Source: Candidatus Omnitrophota bacterium
GTDB lineage: Bacteria; Omnitrophota; Gorgyraeia; Zapsychrales; Zapsychraceae
Direction of reading: 5' to 3'
Assembly: GCA_035292445.1 (NCBI GenBank)
Contig: DATDQB010000021.1
Coordinates: 1 to 57,391 of the forward strand
Length of the DNA stretch: 57,391 nt
Shown here: positions 10,343-20,482 of the stretch, piece after piece
Layout: every line of letters starts with the position of its first letter
Position numbering within the stretch: the stretch's first letter is position 1
The notes under the pieces: generated by a model
Told to the model about the DNA's origin: nothing
Seen by the model: the letters and a program-made list of their open reading frames with translations, nothing else
Databases searched by the model: none
Translations under genes and position numbers: made by a program

Positions 10343-10561
10343 ATGGCTTTTCTTAAGAAACCCGAATTAAAAACGGTAAAATCTACGACGTTCAAAACTG
10401 CTTTAACTGGAGATGTTCAACAAAAGATCCAGCAACGGGCGTATGACATTTACCAGCAACGAGGTTTCAAGGACGGCAATGACTTGGATGATTGGTTCCA
10501 AGCCGAGCGTGAAATAACGCGCGAGATCCTTAGACAACCGAAGAAGGCCAGTTTAAATTAA
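10343..10561 (+). CDS. DUF2934 domain small protein
   Basis: IQQRAYDIYQQRG...DLDDWFQAERE motif; AAGGAG RBS. Confidence 0.85.
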   Translation: MAFLKKPELKTVKSTTFKTALTGDVQQKIQQRAYDIYQQRGFKDGNDLDDWFQAEREITREILRQPKKASLN

Positions 10562-10582
10562 TTTTAGGGAAATATTTTTTCC

Positions 10583-10630
10583 GGGGGCACGAAGCCGGCG
10601 ATTGTTCTGGCTGTGCCCCCTTATTTTTTT
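10583..10630 (+). terminator. Rho-independent terminator
   Basis: GGGGGCAC...GTGCCCCC stem followed by a T-rich tract. Confidence 0.7.
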
Positions 10631-10694
10631 AAGTTTTGATGCTTTCTTTTTTCTAACTATCATTTAGAATATTCTCATACAGGATCGTGGTCTT

Positions 10695-11612
10695 ATGGGT
10701 ATCGCCGAAATCATATTGAGTATTTTGGGGCTATGCTTATTCGAGGTGGTCTCCAGCATCGATAATGCCGTTGTTAACGCCGATGTGCTGGCCACGATGG
10801 AAAAGAAATGGCGCAAGTGGTTTCTTATTTGGGGCATTTTTATCGCCGTTTTTCTGGTCCGCGGGTTCTTGCCGCTTCTGATCGTTTGGATGTGTTATCC
10901 ATCGATGGGGCTTTGGGGGGCGTTTACCGCCTCTTTTCACAGCGACCCGGCCGTTCACGAAGCGTTAGAGAGGTCTTCTCCGTTACTTTTGATGGGAGGA
11001 GGCATTTTCCTCGTTTTACTTTTCCTCCATTGGTTGTTTCTGGAAGAAAAAGCGTTCGGGTTGAGGGTTGAGAAATTCTTCAGCCGCCAGGGGGTATGGT
11101 TTTTTGCTTTGTCTTCAATGCTTTTAAGTGTGGTCATCTGGCAAGCGTTAAAGCTGGACCCTATGCTCGCTTTCGCGGCCTCTATCGGCTCAAGCGTTTT
11201 TTTTATCACCCATGGCTTTAAAGAGCAGGCGGCCAAGGCCGAGGCGATGTTAATAAAGAATAATAATTTAAGTGATATCAGTAAGTTGGTTTATTTGGAG
11301 GTGCTGGATACGACCTTTTCGATCGATGGCGTCATCGGCGCGTTCGCATTCACCATGTCGGTGCCCATTATTCTTTTGGGTAACGGCTTGGGAGCCGTTG
11401 TGGTGCGGGAATTGACGATCCATGGGGTGGAGAGGATCAAAAATTACCCATACCTTAAAAACGGTGCCATGTATTCCATTTTCTTTTTAGGCATGATCAT
11501 GCTGCTGGAAGGTTTTCATATCGAAATTTCTCCTTATATCGCCCCGTTGACCACTTTCGTTGTCATTGGATTCTTTTTCTGGAAGACAGTTAGAGAACAA
11601 AAGAAAGGCTAG
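10695..11612 (+). CDS. DUF475 / TerC-like membrane protein
   Basis: LFEVVSSIDNAVVNA and YLEVLDTTFSIDGVIGAFA motifs. Confidence 0.85.
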   Translation: MGIAEIILSILGLCLFEVVSSIDNAVVNADVLATMEKKWRKWFLIWGIFIAVFLVRGFLPLLIVWMCYPSMGLWGAFTASFHSDPAVHEALERSSPLLLMGGGIFLVLLFLHWLFLEEKAFGLRVEKFFSRQGVWFFALSSMLLSVVIWQALKLDPMLAFAASIGSSVFFITHGFKEQAAKAEAMLIKNNNLSDISKLVYLEVLDTTFSIDGVIGAFAFTMSVPIILLGNGLGAVVVRELTIHGVERIKNYPYLKNGAMYSIFFLGMIMLLEGFHIEISPYIAPLTTFVVIGFFFWKTVREQKKG

Positions 11613-11616
11613 AGCT

Positions 11617-12885
11617 ATGCCGGTTAACGTGCCTGTGACCAGTAAGCCCAGAATCGTTATTGTCGGCGGCGGCTTCGGCGGTTTGGAGTTGGCCAAAAAG
11701 CTAAAAAATTTTAATGTCCAGATCGTTCTCATTGATAAGAATAACTTCCACACCTTTCAACCGTTATTGTATCAGGTAGCGACCGCCGCTTTAGAGCCGG
11801 ATTCGATCGCCTTTCCTTTGCGGGAAATCTTTAATAAGCAGGATAACATTATCTTTCGTATGGCCGAGGTTTTGCGGATCAAACCCGCGGCCAATTGTAT
11901 CGAAACCTCTATCGGAGAGATCACTTACGATTATTTGGTGTTGGCCATGGGCTCGAAGACGAACTTTTTTGGCCTTAAGGATCTGGAGAAAAACGCCATG
12001 CGCATGAAATCGGTGTCGCAGGCGATGGAGCTGCGCAACTTGATCTTAGAGAGCTTCGAAAAAGCCTTGTTGACCAATGACCTTCAAGAGCGCGAGCGGT
12101 TGATGACGTTTGTCGTTGTAGGAGGCGGGCCGACGGGCGTTGAGACGGCCGGGGCGTTGGGGGAGCTTAAGAAGATCGTCCTTCCGCACGATTATCCCGA
12201 GCTTGATTTCAATAATATGCGGATCCATATCATCGATATGGAGGAGCGGTTGCTGAGGACCATGTCGGAAGAGGCCTCAAGGAGCGCCCAACGTTTCTTG
12301 GAGAAGTTCCAAACAAACGTTTGGCTTAAGACCAAAGTGGAATCGTATGACGGCAGAACGTTGCAATTGTCCAACAGCAAACAGCTTTTTACGGACAATC
12401 TCATTTGGACGGCTGGCGTGACCGGGGCTTTGATCGAAGGGCTGATGCCGGCGGCCAGTAATAACCGCTTAAAAGTGGATGTTTATAATAAGGTAGAAGG
12501 TTATCAAAATATTTTTGCCATCGGGGACATCGCGGCCGTAATAACGAAAGACACGCCGCACGGCCATCCCATGCTGGCTCCGGTGGCGATCCAGCAGGCG
12601 CGGGTACTGGCGCGTAACTTAAAGGCGACCATCGAAGGCAAACCCTTAAAGCCTTTTCGTTATAAAGATTTCGGCGTGATGGCGACCGTAGGCCGCAACA
12701 ACGCCGTTGTGGATTCGCGATTTGTAAAATTCCAGGGATTTGTGGGATGGGTCGTCTGGCTTTTTGTGCATCTGATGGCGTTGGTCGGGTTCCGGAATAA
12801 AATCGTCGCCTTTGTTAACTGGGCGTGGAATTATTTCCGTTATGACCGGGGCTTACGGTTGATCATCAGGCCATTTGGACGATAA
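11617..12885 (+). CDS. ndh: Type II NADH dehydrogenase (NAD(P)/FAD-dependent oxidoreductase)
   Basis: IVIVGGGFGG, FQPLLYQVAT, VVGGGPTGVETAG, WTAGV, IFAIGD, MATVGRNNAV. Confidence 0.9.
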   Translation: MPVNVPVTSKPRIVIVGGGFGGLELAKKLKNFNVQIVLIDKNNFHTFQPLLYQVATAALEPDSIAFPLREIFNKQDNIIFRMAEVLRIKPAANCIETSIGEITYDYLVLAMGSKTNFFGLKDLEKNAMRMKSVSQAMELRNLILESFEKALLTNDLQERERLMTFVVVGGGPTGVETAGALGELKKIVLPHDYPELDFNNMRIHIIDMEERLLRTMSEEASRSAQRFLEKFQTNVWLKTKVESYDGRTLQLSNSKQLFTDNLIWTAGVTGALIEGLMPAASNNRLKVDVYNKVEGYQNIFAIGDIAAVITKDTPHGHPMLAPVAIQQARVLARNLKATIEGKPLKPFRYKDFGVMATVGRNNAVVDSRFVKFQGFVGWVVWLFVHLMALVGFRNKIVAFVNWAWNYFRYDRGLRLIIRPFGR

Positions 12886-12892
12886 ACTTAAG

Positions 12893-13180
12893 ATGTGGGA
12901 AAAGATAAAGAAACATTTTCAGTTGATTAGAAATTTTCGGCCCGGGGAAAGATTCCAAAGGTATTATTATGAAAAAAGAGAGCAACATCCGGTAAAATCG
13001 ATAATCAAGATTGTTATCAGCATCCTTTGCTTAGGCATCGCGGTCATTTTGACTTTTACTCCTGGCCCGGCGTTTGTTTTTTGGATCTTGGGGTTCGCCT
13101 TGCTTTCCGCACAGCTAATTACCGTGGCGCGGTTTCTGGATAGGGCAGAGGTCTGGGCGCGCAAGTTTTTGAAGAAGTAA
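12893..13180 (+). CDS. Small membrane protein, PGPGW-like
   Basis: Two hydrophobic segments around TPGPAF, followed by LLSAQL..VARFLD. Confidence 0.6.
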   Translation: MWEKIKKHFQLIRNFRPGERFQRYYYEKREQHPVKSIIKIVISILCLGIAVILTFTPGPAFVFWILGFALLSAQLITVARFLDRAEVWARKFLKK

Positions 13181-13327
13181 ACTCCTTAACGGTAGCATTT
13201 CCCACCGGTATTAAATACATAAAATAAGTTATCTTTTGACTTAAATTTCTATTGACACAGGTCGATTTTCTTGTATATTGATGTTATTAAATAAGTCATA
13301 TTATAACTTAATTAAAGGAGAAAAGCG

Positions 13328-14098
13328 ATGTTTCAAGGAACAACAAAAGTAGTAAAGGTGGCGGTAGTGGTTGCGGGTGTGGCTGGTTTGTTTTTATCAT
13401 CCTTGGTGTCAGATGCCGAAGCGGTTCACAAAGTGTATTCCCCTAAAGTGGAAAAAGGGGAATGGGGGGTAGAAATGCGCGGTCATGTGGATTTTGACGA
13501 TGATCAGAGTAAGGATGATGAGCAGAAATACAAAAGCGCCATCGGTTATGGCGTGACGGAGTGGTGGAAAACGGAATTGGTCTATGAATTAGAGAAGGAA
13601 GCTGATAGTTCCCGATATGTTTCGGAGGCGGTTGAGTTCGAAAATATCTTTCAGGTGACGGACGATGATGCGTTCATTGATTTCGGTATCTATCTGGCGT
13701 ATGTTTTAAAGACGAACGGCACGAAAGACAAGGCCGAAGGGAAACTTTTATTTGAGAAAAGATTGGGCGATTTTAAACATACCGCCAACATCAATCTTGA
13801 AAAGCTGCTGGGCAACGACGCCGGTGAGGAGTTGGAAGGCGGGTTTGCCTGGAAAACAAAATATTACTGGAAGGAATTTTTCCGGCCCGGGTTCGAATAC
13901 CATGCGGGATTTGGTGAGTTCAAAGAAGATCTGGATTTTGATGAGCAAACACACCAAGTCGGGCCAGTTTTTTATGGTGAGTTCGAAATCAGCGAATCCA
14001 GTAAGATCGAATATGAGATCGGTCATCTATTCGGAATCTCTGAAGCCGCGCCCGATGGCTCGCTGAAATGGCTTCTTGAGTTCGAATTCGAGTTCTAA
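13328..14098 (+). CDS. Putative outer-membrane beta-barrel protein of unknown function
   Basis: Signal peptide, KVYSPKVEKGE N-terminal motif, alternating aromatic strands, C-terminal EFEF; AAGGAG RBS. Confidence 0.7.
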   Translation: MFQGTTKVVKVAVVVAGVAGLFLSSLVSDAEAVHKVYSPKVEKGEWGVEMRGHVDFDDDQSKDDEQKYKSAIGYGVTEWWKTELVYELEKEADSSRYVSEAVEFENIFQVTDDDAFIDFGIYLAYVLKTNGTKDKAEGKLLFEKRLGDFKHTANINLEKLLGNDAGEELEGGFAWKTKYYWKEFFRPGFEYHAGFGEFKEDLDFDEQTHQVGPVFYGEFEISESSKIEYEIGHLFGISEAAPDGSLKWLLEFEFEF

Positions 14099-14116
14099 GA
14101 TTATTTTTTCACCTCC

Positions 14117-14158
14117 CAGGGACAGGTCCTCAAATGGCACCTGTCCCTGTTTCTTTTT
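14117..14158 (+). terminator. Terminator hairpin (GGGACAG family)
   Basis: CAGGGACAGGT / ACCTGTCCCTG inverted repeat plus T tract. Confidence 0.7.
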
Positions 14159-14219
14159 CAATTCTTTCTTTTTCCTTCCCTTTCATCTATAATGAACAAA
14201 ATTTAAGAATTATTCACAC

Positions 14220-15560
14220 ATGAAAACGACTAACGCCATTCTTACCGAAGGCCCGATCGGCCGGATATTATTTCGCATGACGCTTCCCATGATGGGGGGC
14301 ATTTATGCGATGATCGGCATTTTCCTCGTTGACACGTATTTTGTTTCCCGCCTGGGCACGCTTGCCTTAGCCGCCATCAGTTTTACTTTTCCTATTACGA
14401 TGATCCTTATTTATTTTGTGATGGGTATCGGTATTGGGACCGCTTCCGTCGTTTCGCGCGCCGTTGGAGAAGGGGACCATCAAAAAGTACGGCGTTTGGT
14501 GACGGATGGATTGCTTTTAACCGTTTTATTAGCCGGTGTTTTGACCTTTCTAGGCTTATGGACCATCAAGCCGCTTTTTACCTTCTTAGGGGCCCAGCGC
14601 GATGTTCTTACGCTCATCAATGATTACATGCGCGTCTGGTATATCGGGATCGGGTTTATCGTGATTTCCATGGTCACTTTTAATATTATCCGGGCTTTAG
14701 GCGATGCGACCTCTCCCGGGATATTGATGATGTTTTCAGCATTATTGAACTTGGTCCTTGATCCGATTTTTATATTCGGCCTATTTGGTTTTCCCGCGCT
14801 GGGCATTAAAGGGGCGGCGCTGGCGAGTTTGACGGCATTTTCCGTTTCGACTGTGTTGTCTTTAATGATCGTTGCCAAGAGAGAAAAACTATTTTGGTTA
14901 TCCCTGGACCCGCACATATTTCGTTCCTGGAAAGAGATCCTTTATATCGGTTTACCGTCGGCAACATCGAATGTCATCATCCATCTGGCGATCGCGGTCG
15001 TGGTCAAATTGTTGGCCACCTTTGGAGAAAAGGCGGTGGCCGGCTTCGGGATCGCGACCCGGATAGAGGCTTTCGCCCTAGCCGTTTATTTTGCGTTGTC
15101 ATCGATCATCGGGCCGTTTGTGGGGCAGAATTGGGGGGCCGGGAAAATACAGCGGATCCAGGAAGGATTGCGCTTAAGCGATCGTTTTTGCCTTTTATGG
15201 GGATTATTTTTGGCCGTCATTTTTGCCTTATTTGCCCGGCCGTTAGTCGGCCTGTTCGATCAGAATGAATTGGTCTTGGCCGTTGCCAGTTTATATTTAT
15301 TGATTGTCCCTTTAAGTTATGGGGCTGAAGGCGTTTTGATGATGACGACATCTGCTTTTAATGCGTTAGGACGGCCTTTACCGGCGACATTTCTTTCGCT
15401 GACACGGATGTTTGTTTTTTACATTCCCTTAGCGTATTTGGGAAAGGCATATTTCGGCTTTATTGGAATTTTTGCTGCGGCTTTTATTGCTAATATCGTA
15501 ACAGGCTGGTTTTCGTTTAAACTTCAAGAAGCTCGTGCTTTTTGGGTTCGGCAGGCTTAG
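14220..15560 (+). CDS. MATE family efflux transporter
   Basis: LTEGPIGRILFRMTLP, VDTYFVSRLG, IRALGDATSP, LNLVLDPIFIFG, GQNWGAG. Confidence 0.92.
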   Translation: MKTTNAILTEGPIGRILFRMTLPMMGGIYAMIGIFLVDTYFVSRLGTLALAAISFTFPITMILIYFVMGIGIGTASVVSRAVGEGDHQKVRRLVTDGLLLTVLLAGVLTFLGLWTIKPLFTFLGAQRDVLTLINDYMRVWYIGIGFIVISMVTFNIIRALGDATSPGILMMFSALLNLVLDPIFIFGLFGFPALGIKGAALASLTAFSVSTVLSLMIVAKREKLFWLSLDPHIFRSWKEILYIGLPSATSNVIIHLAIAVVVKLLATFGEKAVAGFGIATRIEAFALAVYFALSSIIGPFVGQNWGAGKIQRIQEGLRLSDRFCLLWGLFLAVIFALFARPLVGLFDQNELVLAVASLYLLIVPLSYGAEGVLMMTTSAFNALGRPLPATFLSLTRMFVFYIPLAYLGKAYFGFIGIFAAAFIANIVTGWFSFKLQEARAFWVRQA

Positions 15561-16353
15561 CAACTTCGGGGGCGGGAAAGAGGCTTTGTTTATATTTGGC
15601 CAGAACGCCCTGGGCATAGTTGGCGATAAACTTTCGGTCTTTTGAATTACTCGTGTATTCTTTTGTTTCGATTCTTTCGTGGATTTTTACCCGCACGTCG
15701 ATCTGTTTATATTTGAGGACATTGAGCAAATGCGGGAAAAACGACATATTTTCAAAGAAACATAATTCTTCGCGGTTTTTAACCGGCTGTCCGTCCATCT
15801 TTTCATACTCCACGCTGATCGGTACAATGCCGGCCTGGGCCTGAAGCGGCGCGTCAAAGTAAGCCGCGTAAAACGGCAAAACGTGGGTCCCATCGGTACA
15901 ATGGCCTTCCGGGAAAATAAGGATATTAATTTTGTCCTTAAGTCGTTGCGCCATTTCCTCATTGTAGCGCACGATATCTTGCTTCTTGCGGCTGTCGATA
16001 AAGATGGTGTCGCAAACTTTCACAACTTTACCGATTAAGATCATATCTAGAATTTCTATCTTGGCGATAAAACTTCCCGGCATGAGAGATCCCATTACGA
16101 TCCCATCAAGGTAGCCGATGTGATTGGTGATGAAAAAGAGCCCTTTTTCTTTGAGTAAATCTTTATTTCCCTCGATATGCATTTTGACGCCTCCCACAAT
16201 TTTGAGGAAGCGGCATAACCACAAGGTCAATCTGTTGAGGACGGATAAACGGGTTGTTTTTTTGGCAAATCTTAAGAAGAACCTCGACAAATGGGCGAGC
16301 GCAAGGTATGAAACTAAACTTAAGAAAACCAGGAAGAATTTAACCTTATTCAT
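15517..16353 (-). CDS. Lysophospholipid acyltransferase (PlsC/AGPAT family)
   Basis: NHIGYLD (HxxxxD), FIAK, IFPEG and FDAP motifs. Start taken at the ATG (MNKVK); the TTG at 16389 is an alternative. Confidence 0.85.
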   Translation of the reverse strand: MNKVKFFLVFLSLVSYLALAHLSRFFLRFAKKTTRLSVLNRLTLWLCRFLKIVGGVKMHIEGNKDLLKEKGLFFITNHIGYLDGIVMGSLMPGSFIAKIEILDMILIGKVVKVCDTIFIDSRKKQDIVRYNEEMAQRLKDKINILIFPEGHCTDGTHVLPFYAAYFDAPLQAQAGIVPISVEYEKMDGQPVKNREELCFFENMSFFPHLLNVLKYKQIDVRVKIHERIETKEYTSNSKDRKFIANYAQGVLAKYKQSLFPAPEVAKPAEPKKHELLEV

Positions 16354-16513
16354 GGTAATGATGTTATAAGATTTACTTTCATTTGTCAAATAAAAGCATA
16401 TATTATTCGTTTATAAGAAGTTGGGTATTTTTTGTCCGTCGTCAACCAAATATATGTTGACTGTTAAGTGCGATTTGCTATGATGAGCCCGAACGAAAGG
16501 GAGGAATTTTTTT

Positions 16514-18427
16514 TTGGATATCAGGCAGAAGATACATAAAGTATTATTATTATATAAGCAGCTGGACAATGGTCTGCAAAAGTTCGCCCGGCATAGCCGT
16601 ATGTCTTGTTTACCGGGATGCGGAAAATGTTGCGAAAATCCTGATGTGGAGGCCTCTGTTCTTGAAATGCTTCCTTTAGCGCTGGATCTGTGGCAAAAAA
16701 ATACCGCCCAGCAATGGTGGGACCGTATAGAGAATGCCCAGGGCAAGGAGCAGTGCGTTTTTTATGAGCCGCACTCATCAGGGGCTGGCAAAGGCCGGTG
16801 CGGGATCTATCCTTTTAGGCCCTTGATCTGCCGGCTCTATGGTTATTCGGCCAAACGCGGCAGGGATAATCGCCTCGCCCTCTTTAGCTGTCTATTAATT
16901 AGAGAAGACCAACCAACCCAATTCCAACAGGCCCAAAAAAAGATCAACGCTGGGCTTAAGGTTCCCTGCATCAGCGACGCCACTATGAAAGCTAGCGCTT
17001 TGGACCCGGAGTTGGGGACCAAGCAGTACCCTATCAATAAAGCCGTGCAGTTGGCTATTGAGAAAGTTGGTTTATGGCAGTCATTTGAAAAGAAACCTCT
17101 TTCTAAGCCAGGGAAGGGTAGAGAAATGTTCAAGAAGACATTGGGAACAATGATTTTCTCGGGAATATTATATTTTCTCATGTCTCATCTTGGTTTGGCA
17201 TTGGCCCAAGAGAAAGCGTCCGTTGAGCCTAAGGCATGGCAATGGAAATTAGGCCTGGATGAGCGCGTGCGCTGGGAATACCGGAACGATTTTGATTTCA
17301 ACGATGAGCGTAAAGACAACGGCAGTTTGTTTTTTCACCGGTTCAAATTCAATGTTAGTTCCACTTTCATGGATGACAACCAAAACGAAAAGGCGATAAT
17401 TTTTGTCGAAGGACTCGATGCGCAGGTCGGCGGGTATCAACTGAAACCTCTAGCCAGTCAGGAAGATAATTTCGATTTTCACCAGGGGTATTTGCAGCTA
17501 TTTGATGTGCTGGGATTCGATATCAAGGGCGGCCGGATGGAGGTCAAATACGGTAACGGGCGCTTGATCGCCCAGCCGGCCTGGTCTAATCGTATGCGTC
17601 ATTTTGATGGAGGCATCCTGCATTATGAGAAAACTGGCGGCTTTATCGACTTGATGTATTTACAAGATGTTAAATATGATGATAATAATTTTAACCGTTC
17701 TTTGGATGATGAATTTCTTGGCGGTTTCTATGGAGGGTATCAAAAGGACAAAAAGGCGAACCTTTATGAATTTTATTTTCTCCCGCAGTTCATCACCACC
17801 GGCGCATCGGATATCGAGCGCTACACGGTCGGCGCCCGCCTTAAAGGGTCCCTGCCTCATCAAGTTTCCTGGGAGATAGAATTCCCTTATCAATTCGGGG
17901 ACAACGGAACAAGGGATATTAAGGCCCATGCCCTTAACGTTAGCCTGGCCAAGGAATGGGAAGCCGAATGGAAGCCGAAACTTTACTTCGAATATAATCA
18001 CGCCAGCGGCGATGACAGCTCCAGCGATGGCGAGGTGAATACGTTTATCCCGCTTTATCAATCCACGCATGACCCTTACGGGTTGATGGATTTCTTCCGC
18101 TGGCAGAATATGAGGGAAGTGGCCTTAAAGTTGGACGCCTCTCCAATGGCAAAATGGAAATTTACCCCGCAGGTCAACTTTTTCTGGTTGGAAAATAAGA
18201 ACGATTCCTGGTACAGCTCATCCGGCAGCGTTATCCGCAGCAAAACGAGCGGTGAGCGGGATTCTTATGTCGGCACAGAGGCGTCGCTGCGAGCTTATTA
18301 TGAGATCAATAAATACGTAAAATGGGAAACCGGTTATGCCCATTTCTTTTCCGGCGGATATGTCAAAGACACCGGCGCCGACGATGATGCGGATTTCGTT
18401 TACACCCAGATGACGTTTAAATATTAG
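16514..18427 (+). CDS. Single ORF joining a YkgJ-family cysteine-cluster protein to an alginate-export-family (AlgE-like) outer-membrane barrel that has its own internal start at 17126
   Basis: CLPGCGKCCE...CVF...CGIYPFRPLICRLYG in the N-terminal part. Internal MFKKTLG...LALAQ signal peptide, then ERVRWEYRN, DFHQGY, GRMEVKYG and a terminal F-K-Y. Confidence 0.78.
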   Translation: MDIRQKIHKVLLLYKQLDNGLQKFARHSRMSCLPGCGKCCENPDVEASVLEMLPLALDLWQKNTAQQWWDRIENAQGKEQCVFYEPHSSGAGKGRCGIYPFRPLICRLYGYSAKRGRDNRLALFSCLLIREDQPTQFQQAQKKINAGLKVPCISDATMKASALDPELGTKQYPINKAVQLAIEKVGLWQSFEKKPLSKPGKGREMFKKTLGTMIFSGILYFLMSHLGLALAQEKASVEPKAWQWKLGLDERVRWEYRNDFDFNDERKDNGSLFFHRFKFNVSSTFMDDNQNEKAIIFVEGLDAQVGGYQLKPLASQEDNFDFHQGYLQLFDVLGFDIKGGRMEVKYGNGRLIAQPAWSNRMRHFDGGILHYEKTGGFIDLMYLQDVKYDDNNFNRSLDDEFLGGFYGGYQKDKKANLYEFYFLPQFITTGASDIERYTVGARLKGSLPHQVSWEIEFPYQFGDNGTRDIKAHALNVSLAKEWEAEWKPKLYFEYNHASGDDSSSDGEVNTFIPLYQSTHDPYGLMDFFRWQNMREVALKLDASPMAKWKFTPQVNFFWLENKNDSWYSSSGSVIRSKTSGERDSYVGTEASLRAYYEINKYVKWETGYAHFFSGGYVKDTGADDDADFVYTQMTFKY

Positions 18428-19556
18428 CTTCCTGATAAAACCGTTTGTGGCCATAATACAATATTGTCCCCACGATAAGGCCCAAGACATACCCTTGAGG
18501 CAGTGTCAGGGCCATTAAGCCCACCAGTAAGGCGATCGCCGTATCCCGTTTGCTTTTTGCCTGGTCACGGATAAATAGCAATAGCGTCAGGGCTTCAAAC
18601 AGCAAAACAACCCCTAAAATGGGTTTGGGGAAAAATTCGATCACTTGGTGAAACGCCTGGCTGAACATCAAGCCGATAACAACTAGGACGCTTCCGTAAA
18701 TGACGACCGACCCTCCCGTGCGGCCGCCGAATGCGTAATGCCCGGCAAGCCCTCCGCATCCGTGACAGACGGGAATGCCGTTGAAGAACGGCATCACGAG
18801 GTTGATAAGCGCGTAAGTGAGCCCGATCTTCTTGACTGATATTTTTTTCTGTGGGAAGAGGTCTTGGACCGTTTTATGGGTCGCGATAACGGAATTGGAT
18901 AAAGAAAGCGGCAGTTGCGGCAGACTCAGGATAACAAAACCGGTCAAGATATCTTGCGCTTGCGGTACAGAAAATTTCGGCAAAGACAGCCCGATTCCTG
19001 AAGAAAGACTGCTGAAATCTACTTTAAAGAAAATAGCATAAAGAAATCCCAGGCCGATCACAAATATCCCTGGCGGGAAGCGGCGGTTTCCCATCAAAAC
19101 GACCATGATCACAAACCCAACCAAAGCAAGGATATATCCATCTGTACCCATGCTGGGGACATACGTTTTTAAGGCCAATGACGCCAAAGACAATCCCAAA
19201 CCGAACTGGATGCCCCGAACAACACATGGCGGGATTTTTTTAGCCACCCAGTCAAGGGAGCCGCTTAACGATAAAACCAGCATGACAAATCCAATGGCCA
19301 GCCCACCGCCGAACAATACCGAAGAGTCGATGTTTTGTGCGATCACCAAGACCGCCATGGCTTTAAGTGGCTGCATGGGCATGGGTAAACCATAAGCGAT
19401 CCCTGTCAAGATTTGCATGAGGCCGAACATGATAAAAACGCTGGCTACGTCCAGGTTGGTTGCCAGGATCATCCCGACGATCAAGGGGAAATCGGTCCCG
19501 ATGTCCCCGAAGCTTCCCGACAATTCGTTGCGGTTAAATTGAATTCTTTTTTCCAT
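18417..19556 (-). CDS. Putative molybdate/sulfate transporter (MOT1/MFS_MOT1 family)
   Basis: NELSGSFGDIGT, PMPMQPLKA, RGIQFGLGL, PVCHGCGGLAGHYAFGGRTG. Confidence 0.88.
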   Translation of the reverse strand: MEKRIQFNRNELSGSFGDIGTDFPLIVGMILATNLDVASVFIMFGLMQILTGIAYGLPMPMQPLKAMAVLVIAQNIDSSVLFGGGLAIGFVMLVLSLSGSLDWVAKKIPPCVVRGIQFGLGLSLASLALKTYVPSMGTDGYILALVGFVIMVVLMGNRRFPPGIFVIGLGFLYAIFFKVDFSSLSSGIGLSLPKFSVPQAQDILTGFVILSLPQLPLSLSNSVIATHKTVQDLFPQKKISVKKIGLTYALINLVMPFFNGIPVCHGCGGLAGHYAFGGRTGGSVVIYGSVLVVIGLMFSQAFHQVIEFFPKPILGVVLLFEALTLLLFIRDQAKSKRDTAIALLVGLMALTLPQGYVLGLIVGTILYYGHKRFYQEANI

Positions 19557-19743
19557 GAACGATATTCTCTCATGCGGTTTGTGGTATTGCAAGAGGATCG
19601 CTAAAAACGGCCGGCTTGATAAGGTTTTTGTCGGATTTAAGGCGATTGAGGGGGTTGTACCGTTTCATTGACAAGCTTGGGCTTTTCTTATAGGATTGGT
19701 GGATATTAAGCCGGCTTTTTACTTTTAAAGAAAGGATATACAG

Positions 19744-20325
19744 ATGAAAAGATGTTTAACAGAGATCATTATCCTCATGGTATTGGCGTTAGTGACGACA
19801 TGGGTTGTGGCGCAGGAAGACAGCGCTATTAAAGAAGCGGCGGATGAAGTTGCTGAAGCACCCGCTTGGGCGCAGATCAAGGCAACGGCGGAAGGTTCTT
19901 CCGTGAACGGTGAAGTAAAATTCTATCCAATAGAAAATGGGCTCAAAGCTATTGTGAATGTTGCAGGCGTAACACCGGGGAAACATGGTTTCCATGTCCA
20001 TGAAAACGGCAGCTGTGACGAAGCCGGAAACGCCGCTGGAAGCCATTATAATCCGCACGGTGTGCAGCACGGATTCTTACCCAAAGATGGGGCAGAGATG
20101 GCGCATATGGGTGATATGGGTAATCTTGAGGTCAATGAAGCGGGAGAAGGTTCTTTAGAAGTCGAATTAGCCGGCGTTGTCCTTGAAGGAGATCATGGCA
20201 TTTTAGGCAAAGCGGTTATTCTACATGAAAAAGAAGACGATTTCGGCCAACCGACCGGCAACGCCGGCGGGCGCATCGGCTGCGGGATCATCGAAACGGC
20301 TGCAGCGATGGAAGCAGGCGAGTAG
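19744..20325 (+). CDS. sodC: Periplasmic Cu/Zn superoxide dismutase
   Basis: Signal peptide; HGFHVHE, HYNP..HG, HMGDMGN, VILHEKEDD, GNAGGRIGCG. Confidence 0.93.
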   Translation: MKRCLTEIIILMVLALVTTWVVAQEDSAIKEAADEVAEAPAWAQIKATAEGSSVNGEVKFYPIENGLKAIVNVAGVTPGKHGFHVHENGSCDEAGNAAGSHYNPHGVQHGFLPKDGAEMAHMGDMGNLEVNEAGEGSLEVELAGVVLEGDHGILGKAVILHEKEDDFGQPTGNAGGRIGCGIIETAAAMEAGE

Positions 20326-20350
20326 GAATAATATTTGTAGAAGATAAAGA

Positions 20351-20380
20351 AGGGGACAGACATTGTGTCTGTCCCCTTTT
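20351..20380. terminator. Bidirectional terminator hairpin (GGGACAG family)
   Basis: AGGGGACAGAC / GTCTGTCCCCT perfect stem, with a T tract on + and an A-rich 5' flank. Confidence 0.75.
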
Positions 20381-20400
20381 GATTTCGGCCACCCGCTATG

Positions 20401-20482
20401 CGATGGGTGACCCGGTGGCGGGTTCCCTGCCGCCCGCAACGAAAGTGAGGACGGTAGGGTGACGCCGGGGCAGGACCCATCG
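20401..20482. repeat. Structured GC-rich intergenic element, copy A (related to 22112-22188)
   Basis: Nested stems CGATGGGT/ACCCATCG and CCCTGCCG/CGGTAGGG. The reverse complement aligns to 22112-22188. Confidence 0.6.
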
